A DNA stretch of 23,211 bases from a virus (Duplodnaviria > Heunggongvirae > Uroviricota > Caudoviricetes): the IMG/VR virus record IMGVR_UViG_2563366999_000003, positions 1-23,211 of that record. The stretch is one strand, 5' to 3'. The notes beneath the pieces were generated by a model that saw only the letters and a program-made list of their open reading frames with translations, did not search any database and was not told where the DNA came from. The translations under genes were made by a program, and so were the position numbers. This document shows positions 13,096-22,500 of this stretch, piece by piece (positions within the stretch are counted from its first letter, which is position 1; each line of letters starts with the position of its first letter).

Positions 13096-13793
13096 TGCAG
13101 GATATCCGGCAGGAAACACTGAATGAATGCACCCGTGCGGAGCAGTCGGCCAGCGTGGTGCTCTGGGAAATCGATCTGACAGAGGTCGGTGGAGAACGTT
13201 ATTTTTTCTGTAATGAGCAGAACGAAAAAGGTGAGCCAGTCACCTGGCAGGGGAGGCAGTATCAGGCGTATCCCATTCAGGGGAGCGGTTTTGAACTGAA
13301 TGGCAAAGGCACCAGTACGCGGCCCACGCTGGCAGTCTCTAACCTGTACGGTATGGTCACCGGGATGGCGGAGGATTTGCAGAGTCTGGTCGGCGGAACG
13401 GTGGTCAGGCGTAAGGTTTATGCCCGTTTTCTGGATGCGGTGAACTTCGTCAACGGAAACAGCGAAGCCGATCCGGAGCAGGAGGTGATCAGCCGCTGGC
13501 GCATCGAGCAGTGCAGCGAACTGAGCGCGGTCAGCGCGACCTTTGTGCTGGCCACACCGACGGAAACGGATGGCGCTGTTTTTCCGGGGCGTATCATGCT
13601 GGCCAACACCTGTACCTGGACCTATCGCGGTGATGAGTGCGGTTATAGCGGTCCGGCTGTCGCGGATGAATATGACCAGCCAACGTCCGATATCACGAAG
13701 GATAAATGCAGCAAATGCCTGAGCGGTTGTAAGTTCCGCAATAACGTCGGCAACTTTGGCGGCTTCCTTTCCATTAACAAACTTTCGCAGTAA
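13095..13793 (+). CDS. L: Minor tail protein L (232 aa)
   Basis: MQDIRQETLNECTRAEQSASVVLWEIDLTEVGGERYFFCNEQNEKGEPVTWQGRQYQAYPIQGSGF... matches lambda gpL; Cys-rich C-terminus present. Confidence 0.94.
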   Translation: MQDIRQETLNECTRAEQSASVVLWEIDLTEVGGERYFFCNEQNEKGEPVTWQGRQYQAYPIQGSGFELNGKGTSTRPTLAVSNLYGMVTGMAEDLQSLVGGTVVRRKVYARFLDAVNFVNGNSEADPEQEVISRWRIEQCSELSAVSATFVLATPTETDGAVFPGRIMLANTCTWTYRGDECGYSGPAVADEYDQPTSDITKDKCSKCLSGCKFRNNVGNFGGFLSINKLSQ

Positions 13794-13798
13794 ATCCC

Positions 13799-14542
13799 AT
13801 GACACAGACAGAATCAGCGATTCTGGCGCACGCCCGGCGATGTGCGCCAGCGGAGTCGTGCGGCTTCGTGGTAAGCACGCCGGAGGGGGAAAGATATTTC
13901 CCCTGTGTGAATATCTCCGGTGAGCCGGAGGATTATTTCCGGATGGCTCCGGAGGACTGGCTGCGGGCAGAGATGCAGGGTGAGATTGTGGCGCTGGTCC
14001 ACAGTCATCCCGGTGGTCTGCCCTGGCTGAGTGAGGCTGACCGGCGGCTGCAGGTGCAGAGTGATTTGCCGTGGTGGCTGGTCTGCCGGGGGGAGATTCA
14101 TAAGTTCCGCTGTGTGCCGCATCTCACCGGGCGGCGCTTTGAGCACGGGGTGACGGACTGTTACACACTGTTCCGGGATGCTTACCATCTGGCGGGGATT
14201 GAGATGCCGGACTTTCATCGTGAGGATGACTGGTGGTGTAACGGCCAGAATCTCTATCTGGATAATCTGGAGGCAACGGGGCTGTATCAGGTGCCGTTGT
14301 CAGCGGCGCAGCCGGGCGATGTGCTGCTGTGCTGTTTTGGTTCATCGGTGCCGAATCACACCGCCATTTACTGCGGCGACGGCGAGCTGCTGCACCATAT
14401 TCCTGAACAACTGAGTAAACGAGAGAGGTACACCGACAAATGGCAGCGACGCACACACTCCCTCTGGCGTCACCGGGCATGGCACGCATCTGCCTTTACG
14501 GGGATTTGCAACGATTTGGCCGCCGCATCGACCTTCGTGTGA
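13799..14542 (+). CDS. K: Tail tip assembly protein K (247 aa as called here): N-terminal JAMM/MPN metalloprotease-like domain plus C-terminal NlpC/P60-like domain
   Basis: ORF opens with ATG 13799, 5 nt after the L stop. Contains E19-x-C-G, then H68-S-H70-x7-S78-x2-D81 (complete JAMM motif) and Cys121 (DCYTLF) plus downstream His (NHTAIY) typical of NlpC/P60. From the internal Met49 onward it matches lambda gpK as conventionally annotated. Confidence 0.85.
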   Translation: MTQTESAILAHARRCAPAESCGFVVSTPEGERYFPCVNISGEPEDYFRMAPEDWLRAEMQGEIVALVHSHPGGLPWLSEADRRLQVQSDLPWWLVCRGEIHKFRCVPHLTGRRFEHGVTDCYTLFRDAYHLAGIEMPDFHREDDWWCNGQNLYLDNLEATGLYQVPLSAAQPGDVLLCCFGSSVPNHTAIYCGDGELLHHIPEQLSKRERYTDKWQRRTHSLWRHRAWHASAFTGICNDLAAASTFV

Positions 14543-15081
14543 AAACGGGGGCTGAAGCCATCCGGGCGCTGGCCACACAGCTTCCGTCGTTTCGCCAGAA
14601 ACTGAATGAGGGCTGGTATCAGGTACGGATTGCCGGGCGTGATGCAGGCGAAAATGAATTATCTGCCCGTCTTAATGAACCGCTGGCAAATGGTGCCGTG
14701 ATCCACATCGTACCGCGTCTTGCGGGAGCAAAAAGTGGCGGTGTGTTTCAGGCGGTGCTGGGTGCGGCGTTGATTGCTACGGCAATCTGGATGCCGGGGA
14801 TCAGTATCGCTTTCAGTGACATTCTCTTTTCAATGGGTGCGGCGATGACGCTTGGCGGTGTTGCACAGATGCTGGCACCGAAAGCGAGTACCGCAACAAC
14901 GACCAGCACGGATAACGGAAAGCAGAACACCTATTTCTCATCACTGGATAACATGGTTGCCCAGGGCAATGTTCTGCCCGTTCTGTTCGGTGAAATGCGC
15001 GTGGGGTCACGTGTGGCATCTCAGGAGATCAGTACAGCTGATGAAGGTGATGGTGGTGAAATTGTGGTGATTGGTCGCTGA
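14440..15081 (+). CDS. I: Tail tip assembly protein I (213 aa), ubiquitin-like N-terminus
   Basis: ATG 14440 inside the 3' end of K in another frame (103-nt overlap, as in lambda K/I); MAATHTLPLASPGMARICLYGDLQRFGRRIDLRVKTGAEAIRALATQLP... matches lambda gpI. Confidence 0.92.
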   Translation: MAATHTLPLASPGMARICLYGDLQRFGRRIDLRVKTGAEAIRALATQLPSFRQKLNEGWYQVRIAGRDAGENELSARLNEPLANGAVIHIVPRLAGAKSGGVFQAVLGAALIATAIWMPGISIAFSDILFSMGAAMTLGGVAQMLAPKASTATTTSTDNGKQNTYFSSLDNMVAQGNVLPVLFGEMRVGSRVASQEISTADEGDGGEIVVIGR

Positions 15082-15099
15082 TGGAACATGTTTTATGTG

Positions 15100-15128
15100 A
15101 AACCGCCTGCGGGCGGTTTTGTCGTTTA
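15100..15128 (+). terminator. Hairpin with U-rich tail in I-J intergenic region
   Basis: AAACCGCC-TGCG-GGCGGTTT: exact 8-bp inverted repeat (15100-15107 / 15112-15119) followed by TGTCGTTT. Located 19 nt after the I stop and 14 nt before the J SD. Confidence 0.45.
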
Positions 15129-15141
15129 TGGAGCATGAGGA

Positions 15142-18100
15142 ATGGGTAAAGGCAGCAGTAAGGGGCATACCCCGCGCGAAGCGAAGGACAACCTGAAGTC
15201 CACGCAGTTGCTGAGTGTGATCGATGCCATCAGCGAAGGGCCGATTGAAGGTCCGGTGGATGGGTTAAAAAGCGTGCTGCTGAACAGTACGCCGGTGCTG
15301 GACAGTGAGGGGAATACCAATATCTCCGGCGTCACGGTGGTGTTCCGGGCAGGTGAGCAGGAGCAGACTCCGCCGGAGGGATTTGAATCCTCCGGTTCCG
15401 AGACGGTGCTGGGTACGGAAGTGAAATATGACACGCCGATCACCCGCACCATCACGTCTGCAAATATCGACCGTCTGCGCTTTACCTTCGGTGTGCAGGC
15501 ACTGGTGGAAACCACCTCAAAAGGGGATCGGAATCCGTCGGAAGTCCGCCTGCTGGTTCAGATACAGCGTAACGGTGGCTGGGTGACGGAAAAAGACATC
15601 ACCATTAAGGGCAAAACCACCTCGCAGTATCTGGCCTCGGTGGTGGTGGATAACCTGCCGCCGCGCCCGTTCAGTATCCGGATGCGCAGGATGACACCGG
15701 ACAGCACCACAGACCAGCTGCAGAACAAAACGCTCTGGTCGTCATACACCGAAATCATCGATGTGAAACAGTGCTACCCGAACACGGCACTGGTTGGCGT
15801 ACAGGTGGACTCAGAGCAGTTCGGCAGTCAGCAGGTGAGCCGTAATTATCATCTGCGCGGGCGTATTCTGCAGGTGCCGTCGAACTATAACCCGCAGACG
15901 CGGCAATACAGCGGTATCTGGGACGGAACGTTTAAGCCAGCATACAGCAATAACATGGCCTGGTGTCTGTGGGATATGCTGACCCATCCACGCTACGGCA
16001 TGGGGAAACGTCTTGGTGCGGCGGATGTGGACAAATGGGCGCTGTATGTCATCGGCCAGTACTGCGACCAGTCAGTGCCGGACGGCTTTGGCGGCACGGA
16101 GCCGCGCATCACCTGTAATGCGTACCTGACCACACAGCGCAAGGCGTGGGATGTGCTCAGTGATTTCTGCTCGGCGATGCGCTGTATGCCGGTATGGAAC
16201 GGGCAGACGCTGACGTTCGTGCAGGACCGGCCGTCGGATAAGGTGTGGACCTATAACCGCAGTAATGTGGTGATGCCGGATGATGGCGCGCCGTTCCGCT
16301 ACAGCTTCAGCGCCCTGAAGGACCGCCATAATGCCGTTGAGGTGAACTGGATTGACCCGAACAACGGCTGGGAGACGGCGACAGAGCTTGTTGAAGATAC
16401 GCAGGCCATTGCCCGTTACGGTCGTAATGTCACGAAGATGGATGCCTTTGGCTGTACCAGTCGGGGGCAGGCACACCGAGCCGGGCTGTGGCTGATTAAA
16501 ACGGAACTGCTGGAAACGCAGACCGTGGATTTCAGCGTGGGCGCAGAAGGGCTTCGCCATGTGCCGGGCGATGTTATTGAAATCTGCGATGATGACTATG
16601 CGGGTATCAGCACCGGCGGGCGCGTGCTGGCGGTGAACAGCCAGACCCGGACGCTGACGCTCGACCGTGAAATCACGCTGCCATCCTCCGGTACCACGCT
16701 GATAAGCCTGGTTGACGGAAGCGGCAATCCGGTCAGCGTGGAGGTCCAGTCCGTCACCGACGGCGTGAAGGTAAAAGTGAGCCGTGTTCCTGACGGCGTT
16801 GCAGAATACAGCGTGTGGGGGCTGAAGCTGCCGACGCTGCGCCAGCGCCTGTTCCGCTGTGTGAGTATCCGTGAGAACGATGACGGCACGTATGCCATCA
16901 CTGCCGTGCAGCATGTACCGGAAAAAGAAGCCATCGTGGATAACGGGGCGCACTTTGACGGCGACCAGAGCGGCACGGTGAATGGTGTCACGCCGCCAGC
17001 GGTACAGCACCTGACCGCAGAAGTCACCGCAGACAGCGGGGAATACCAGGTGCTGGCGCGCTGGGACACGCCGAAGGTGGTGAAGGGCGTGAGCTTTATG
17101 CTTCGCCTGACCGTGGCAGCGGATGACGGCAGTGAGCGGCTGGTCAGCACGGTCCGGACGACGGAAACCACATACCGCTTCAGGCAGCTGGCGCTGGGAA
17201 ACTACAGGCTGACAGTCCGGGCGGTAAATGCGTGGGGACAGCAGGGCGATCCGGCGTCGGTATCGTTCCGGATTGCCGCCCCGGCAGCGCCGTCACAGAT
17301 TGAGCTGACGCCGGGCTATTTTCAGATAACCGCCACGCCGCATCTTGCGGTTTATGATCCGACGGTACAGTTTGAGTTCTGGTTTTCTGAAACGAAGATT
17401 TCAGATGTCTCACAGGTGGACAAATCTGCCCGCTATCTTGGTACGGCACTGTACTGGGTAGCCTCCGGCCAGAATATTAAGCCGGGCCATGATTATTATT
17501 TTTATATCCGCAGTGTGAATACCATTGGTAAATCGGCATTCGTGGAGGCTGTCGGCCAGCCGGGTAATAATCCTGAAGAGTATCTCAATTTTTTTGAAGG
17601 GAAAATAAACAGCACCCTGCTGGGGCAGGAGCTGAATGATCGTATTAATGCCTCTGCATTGCGCAGTGAAGTTGAGCAACTGGAGGATGAGGTCAATCAG
17701 CGACTGGAGAGTGATATTGCCGAGGTGACCCAAAAAATCGGGGAAACTGAAAACAGCCTCACGCAGCTGGTTGCTAAAAAAAATGATGAGCAGTCACTGG
17801 CCATATCCCAGGTGAGTCAGAAAGTGGACAACGTCAGTAGCGAACTCACGCAAACGGTCAGTCAGAGTAATGAGGAGAATGCACGCCAGATAGCGCAGGT
17901 TCGTCAGTATGTGGATGAAAAAAGCAGTGAAATCATCTCGACGACAGACAAAAAACTGGGCGAGCAGGAAGCAACAATCCAGCAGATACAAAAGGTTCAG
18001 ACAGACACCAGTAATAACCTGAACAGTATGTGGGCCGTGAAACTGCAGCAGATGCAGGATGGTCGCCTTTACATTGCGGGTATCGGTGCCGGTATTGAGA

Positions 18101-18843
18101 ATACCCCTGACGGTATGCAGAGTCAGGTGCTGCTGGCGGCAGACAGGATTGCGTTCATTAATCCGGAGAACGGTAACACCACTCCAGCACTGGTCACGCA
18201 GGGGGGACAGACGTTTCTCAATGAAGCGCTGATTAAGACCCTTATTGCTCCCACAATTACCAGTGGTGGCAATCCTCCGGCATTTTCCCTGACATCAGAC
18301 GGAAAGCTGACCGCTAAAAATGCGGATATCAGTGGCAGTGTGAATGCGAACTCAGGGACGCTCAACAACGTCACGATAAATGAGAACTGTCAGATTAAGG
18401 GGAAACTGTCCGCCAACCAGATTGAAGGCGATATTGTCAAAACGGTCAGCAAGTCTTTCCCCCGCACGAGCACTTATGCCAGCGGCACCATTACGGTCAC
18501 GATTAGTGATGATCAGAAGTTTGACCGACAGGTCATGATCCCGGCTCTGCTGTTTAAAGGAAGCAGGAAGGAAAATTATGGCAGTAATAATCAACAGTCT
18601 TATGTTTATTCTGTATGCCGTTTGCAGGTAACGAAAAACGGGACAGAAATTTTTAACCAGTCAACAACGGATGCTCCGGCGGTTTTTTCTTCCGTTATTG
18701 ATATGCCTGCGGGGCAGGGAACGTTGACGTTAAAGTTTACGGTCTCTTCTTCAATGGTCAATAACTGGACACCGACAACCAGTATCAGCGATTTGCTTGT
18801 TGTGGTGATGAAGAAATCCACCGCAGGTATCACGATTAGCTGA
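15142..18843 (+). CDS. J: Central tail fibre / host specificity protein J (1233 aa)
   Basis: ATG 15142 preceded by GAGG; N-terminal and central parts ([42 protein letters not shown]...) match lambda gpJ. The product is about 100 aa longer than I recall for lambda J, with an extended coiled-coil segment and a divergent C-terminal region. Confidence 0.95.
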   Translation: MGKGSSKGHTPREAKDNLKSTQLLSVIDAISEGPIEGPVDGLKSVLLNSTPVLDSEGNTNISGVTVVFRAGEQEQTPPEGFESSGSETVLGTEVKYDTPITRTITSANIDRLRFTFGVQALVETTSKGDRNPSEVRLLVQIQRNGGWVTEKDITIKGKTTSQYLASVVVDNLPPRPFSIRMRRMTPDSTTDQLQNKTLWSSYTEIIDVKQCYPNTALVGVQVDSEQFGSQQVSRNYHLRGRILQVPSNYNPQTRQYSGIWDGTFKPAYSNNMAWCLWDMLTHPRYGMGKRLGAADVDKWALYVIGQYCDQSVPDGFGGTEPRITCNAYLTTQRKAWDVLSDFCSAMRCMPVWNGQTLTFVQDRPSDKVWTYNRSNVVMPDDGAPFRYSFSALKDRHNAVEVNWIDPNNGWETATELVEDTQAIARYGRNVTKMDAFGCTSRGQAHRAGLWLIKTELLETQTVDFSVGAEGLRHVPGDVIEICDDDYAGISTGGRVLAVNSQTRTLTLDREITLPSSGTTLISLVDGSGNPVSVEVQSVTDGVKVKVSRVPDGVAEYSVWGLKLPTLRQRLFRCVSIRENDDGTYAITAVQHVPEKEAIVDNGAHFDGDQSGTVNGVTPPAVQHLTAEVTADSGEYQVLARWDTPKVVKGVSFMLRLTVAADDGSERLVSTVRTTETTYRFRQLALGNYRLTVRAVNAWGQQGDPASVSFRIAAPAAPSQIELTPGYFQITATPHLAVYDPTVQFEFWFSETKISDVSQVDKSARYLGTALYWVASGQNIKPGHDYYFYIRSVNTIGKSAFVEAVGQPGNNPEEYLNFFEGKINSTLLGQELNDRINASALRSEVEQLEDEVNQRLESDIAEVTQKIGETENSLTQLVAKKNDEQSLAISQVSQKVDNVSSELTQTVSQSNEENARQIAQVRQYVDEKSSEIISTTDKKLGEQEATIQQIQKVQTDTSNNLNSMWAVKLQQMQDGRLYIAGIGAGIENTPDGMQSQVLLAADRIAFINPENGNTTPALVTQGGQTFLNEALIKTLIAPTITSGGNPPAFSLTSDGKLTAKNADISGSVNANSGTLNNVTINENCQIKGKLSANQIEGDIVKTVSKSFPRTSTYASGTITVTISDDQKFDRQVMIPALLFKGSRKENYGSNNQQSYVYSVCRLQVTKNGTEIFNQSTTDAPAVFSSVIDMPAGQGTLTLKFTVSSSMVNNWTPTTSISDLLVVVMKKSTAGITIS

Positions 18844-18861
18844 ATTTTATAACCCATATAC

Positions 18862-18889
18862 GGGCGCCAGAAATGGCGCCTTTTTTATT
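18862..18889 (+). terminator. Intrinsic terminator downstream of J (tJ-like)
   Basis: GGCGCC-AGAAAT-GGCGCC (self-complementary 6-bp GC stem, 18863-18868 / 18875-18880) followed directly by TTTTTTATT (18881-18889). Confidence 0.7.
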
Positions 18890-18910
18890 GCAGAAAAGCG
18901 AGAGGTAATT

Positions 18911-19510
18911 ATGCGTAAATTATGTGCTGTTATTCTGTCCGCAGTAGTCTGGCTGGTTGCCGCTGGTACGCCAGCGAGCGCAGCAGAGCATCAGTCCACA
19001 CTAAGCGCCGGGTATCTTCAGACCCATACTGATATGCCAGGCAGCGATGACCTGAAGGGCATTAACGTGAAATACCGTTATGAATTTACGGACACGCTGG
19101 GGCTGGTGACGTCATTCAGCTATGCAGGAGACAAGAATCGCCAGCTGACCCGTTACAGCGATACCCGCTGGCATGAAGATTCCGTGCGTAACCGCTGGTT
19201 CAGCGTGATGGCGGGTCCGTCTGTACGCGTGAATGAATGGTTCAGTGCGTATGCGATGGCGGGTGTGGCTTACAGCCGTGTGTCGACCTTCTCCGGGGAT
19301 TATCTGCAGGTGACCGACAGCAAGGGGAAAACGCACGATGTGCTGACCGGAAGTGATGACGCTCGCCACAGTAACACCTCTATGGCGTGGGGAGCTGGCG
19401 TGCAGTTTAACCCGACCGAATCGGTGGCCATTGATGTCGCTTATGAAGGTTCCGGCAGTGGCGACTGGCGCACTGACAGTTTCATCGTAGGTGTCGGTTA
19501 TAAATTCTGA
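18911..19510 (+). CDS. lom: Lom outer-membrane protein (Ail/Lom/OmpX/PagC family beta-barrel), lysogenic-conversion moron
   Basis: ATG 18911 preceded by GAGAGG; signal peptide MRKLCAVILSAVVWLVAAGTPASA followed by AEHQSTLSAGY...; ends with the typical C-terminal aromatic beta-strand (VGVGYKF). Matches lambda Lom. Confidence 0.93.
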   Translation: MRKLCAVILSAVVWLVAAGTPASAAEHQSTLSAGYLQTHTDMPGSDDLKGINVKYRYEFTDTLGLVTSFSYAGDKNRQLTRYSDTRWHEDSVRNRWFSVMAGPSVRVNEWFSAYAMAGVAYSRVSTFSGDYLQVTDSKGKTHDVLTGSDDARHSNTSMAWGAGVQFNPTESVAIDVAYEGSGSGDWRTDSFIVGVGYKF

Positions 19511-19530
19511 TTAGTAGTACAGCGTGATGA

Positions 19531-19558
19531 AAGCCCGCCGGTTCAGGCGGGCTTTTTT
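19531..19558 (+). terminator. Intrinsic terminator downstream of lom
   Basis: GCCCGCC-GGTTCA-GGCGGGC (7-bp GC-rich stem 19533-19539 / 19546-19552) followed by TTTTTT (19553-19558), 21 nt after the lom stop. Confidence 0.75.
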
Positions 19559-19569
19559 GTGGGGTGAAT

Positions 19570-22500
19570 ATGACGGTTAAGATTTCAGGTGTACTGAAAG
19601 ATGGAGCAGGCAAACCGGTACAAAACTGCACCATTCAGCTAAAGGCCAGACGCAACAGCACCACGGTGGTGGTGAACACGGTGGCCTCAGAAAATCCGGA
19701 TGAAGCCGGGCGTTATAGTATGGACGTTGAGTATGGCCAGTACAGCGTCACCCTGCTGGTTGAAGGTTTTCCGCCTTCGCATGCCGGGACCATCACAGTG
19801 TATGAGGATTCAAAGCCGGGTACGCTGAATGATTTTCTCGGCGCAATGACGGAGGATGATGCCCGTCCGGAGGCACTGCGCCGTTTTGAACTGATGGTGG
19901 AAGAGGTGGCGCGTAACGCGTCCGCAGTGGCACAGAATGCGGAAGCCGCGAAGAAGTCAGCCAGCGATGCCAGCACATCTGCCAGTGAGGCGGAAACCCA
20001 TGCGACTGATGCTGCAGACTCAGCACGCGCAGCCAGCACGTCAGCCGGACAGGCTGCATCATCTGCTCAGTCAGCATCTTCCAGCGCAGGAACAGCATCA
20101 ACAAAGGCCACTGAAGCCTCAAAAAGTGCTGCCGCTGCAGAGTCCTCAAAAAGTGCGGCGGCCACCAGTGCCAGTGCCGCGAAAACGTCAGAAACGAACG
20201 CGGCAGCGTCACAACAATCCGCAGCCACCTCAGCATCCACCGCGACCACGAAAGCGTCAGACGCTGCCACCTCAGCCCGGGATGCGGCGGCTTCAAAAGA
20301 GGCGGCAAAATCATCAGAAACGAGCGCAGCCTCGAGCGCCAGTAGTGCAGCTTCCTCGGCTACGGCGGCAGGAAATTCCGCGAAGGCGGCAAAAACGTCC
20401 GAGACGAACGCCAGGGCTTCTGAAACGGCAGCGGAACAGAGTGCCTCCGCAGCAGCAGACTCAAAAACAGCGGCTGCGTCGTCTGCCAGTGCCGCGTCAA
20501 CAAGTGCCGGGCAGGCCTCAGCCAGTGCCACCGCCGCCGGGAAATCGGCGGAAAGCGCGTCGTCATCAGCGACAACAGCTACCGCAAAAGCGACTGAGGC
20601 GACGAATCAGGCTACAGCTGCTAAAAATTCAGCATCGGCAGCAAAATCCTCTGAAACAAATGCAAAGACTTCAGAAGACAATGCCGCTTCCTCTAAGGCG
20701 GCAGCTGCTGAATCTGCAAGTTCTGCGTCTGCATCAGCCACCTCGGCGTCCGCTTCAAAAGATGAGGCGATCAGGCAGGCGTCAGCTGCGAAGGGTAGTG
20801 CTTCAACGGCATCCACGAAAGCAACAGAGGCGGCAGGCAGTGCGACGGCTGCATCTCAGAGCAAAACTGCTGCTGAATCCGCTGCGACCCGTGCGGAAGC
20901 TGCTGCTGATCGTGCTGAAGAGATTGCCGGTGCGGTTGCGATGGAAGACGCAAGCCTTACCACTAAAGGTGTTGTGAAACTTAGCAGTGCTGTCGACAGC
21001 ACCAGTGAATCGCTGGCCGCAACGCCAAAGGCAGTTAAAGCAGTCAATGACAATGCGAACAGCAGGGTGCCATCTGACCGAAAAATTAACGGGAAAGCAC
21101 TGACTGGGGATATCACATTAACGCCGAAAGATATTGGTACTTTAAATTCAGTAACGATGTCTTTCTCTGGCGGGGCTGGGTGGTTCAAACTGGCTACGGT
21201 TACCATGCCACAAGCGAGTTCCATCGTTTACATCACATTGATTGGTGGTGCCGGATACAACGTCGGCTCCCCACAGCAGGCAGGTATTTCAGAACTGGTT
21301 CTACGAGCAGGCAATGGAAACCCCAAAGGGATTACCGGAGCTTTGTGGAAGCGTACAGCCGTCGGATTAACGAATTTCGCCTGGATCAACACATCCGGCG
21401 ATACATATGATATTTACGTTGAGACTGGCAATTATGCGACGAGTGTAAATATCCATTGGGATTGTACTGCAAATGCGTCAGTTTCTGTTTATACATCGCC
21501 AGCCTATTCAGCGAGTAAGCCTTCCGGCGTTACCGATGGTGTTGTTTATACGATGTATAGCTCACATCAGAAACCTACACCATCAGATATTGGAGCACTG
21601 CCAACAACCGGAGGAACAGTTTCAGGTCCGTTGTCTGTTACTGGTGGGATCACCGGGGCACTGAAGGGGAACGCCGATACCGCGACGAAACTTGCGGCAG
21701 CCAAAAAAATTAACGGTGTTAAGTTTGATGGCTCGGCGGATATTAATCTCACGCCGGAAAATATTGGTGCATTTGCCCTACGTGCGACGGGGGCTTATGC
21801 GGATTCGGATGGAGCCGTTCCGTGGAATGCTGAATCCGGTGCATATAATGTCACGCGTTCTGGCGACTCCTGTCTTGTTGCAAACTTTTATACCGGTGTG
21901 GGGAGTTGCCAGACTCTCCAGATTCGCGCTCATTACAAGAATGGCGGTCTGTTTTACCGTTCTTCGCGTGATGGTTATGGCTTTGAGGAAGACTGGACTC
22001 AGATTTATACCAAAAAAGACAGCATTCCGGGAGTAAATACGACAGGTAACCAGAACACTACGGGTAATGCGGCAACAGCTACAAAACTACAGACGGCAAG
22101 AACTATCGGCGGTGTGAGCTTTGATGGTACTGCGAATATTAACTTGCCTGGTGTTAATACGACTGGTAACCAGAGCACTACAGGCAATGCAGCTACTGCC
22201 ACGAAGTTGCAGACAGCGCGTACTATTAATGGCGTGTCGTTTGACGGTTCGGCAAATATTTCTCTGTCACCAGCAAATATTGGTTGCCCGGCATCTCCAA
22301 CTGGCTGGTTAGGCACAGGGAGTAATGGTGCATCAATAACAACGGCTCAGTTAGTGACGATATTGCAGAATAATGGTGCCTTCAATACAAAAGCATGGGT
22401 GGCACGCTGTGCCTGGGCATACGCTGACAGCGCCTCCATACCAGACAGTGAAACAGGCTGCGGCATTATTCCACTGGCGGGGGCGGTGATAGAAGTATTC

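Noticed and set aside
16072-17010. 312-aa minus-strand ORF inside J, and similar long antisense ORFs at 12993-13805, 12362-13027, 11115-11693, 11396-11926 and 2538-2978
   Set aside because: All lie wholly antisense to strongly supported + strand genes. Their products are Arg/His/Pro-rich with no recognisable domain, and none has a plausible SD. Long antisense ORFs are expected by chance in GC-rich coding DNA.
18606-18857. 83-aa minus-strand ORF spanning the J stop and part of the J-lom spacer, with others at 22351-22698 and 22903-23148
   Set aside because: Start codons lie within or beside terminator hairpins with no SD. The ORFs are antisense to the AT-richer J and stf distal modules, where chance ORFs of this size are common.
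18844-18910. Possible sigma70 promoter for lom in the J-lom spacer (TATAAC-like hexamer near 18848-18853)
   Set aside because: The candidate -10 lies upstream of the terminator hairpin, so a transcript from it would be terminated. No convincing -35 at 17 +/- 1 bp. A promoter inside the J 3' end remains possible but I cannot support one from sequence alone.
19937-20977. 346-aa + strand ORF in an alternative frame of stf, with Ala-rich antisense ORFs at 20067-20531 and 19793-20314
   Set aside because: These are out-of-frame readings of the GCN/TCN-rich Ala/Ser repeat region. The products are extreme Arg/Gln/Pro or Ala low-complexity strings; repetitive codon composition keeps alternative frames open.
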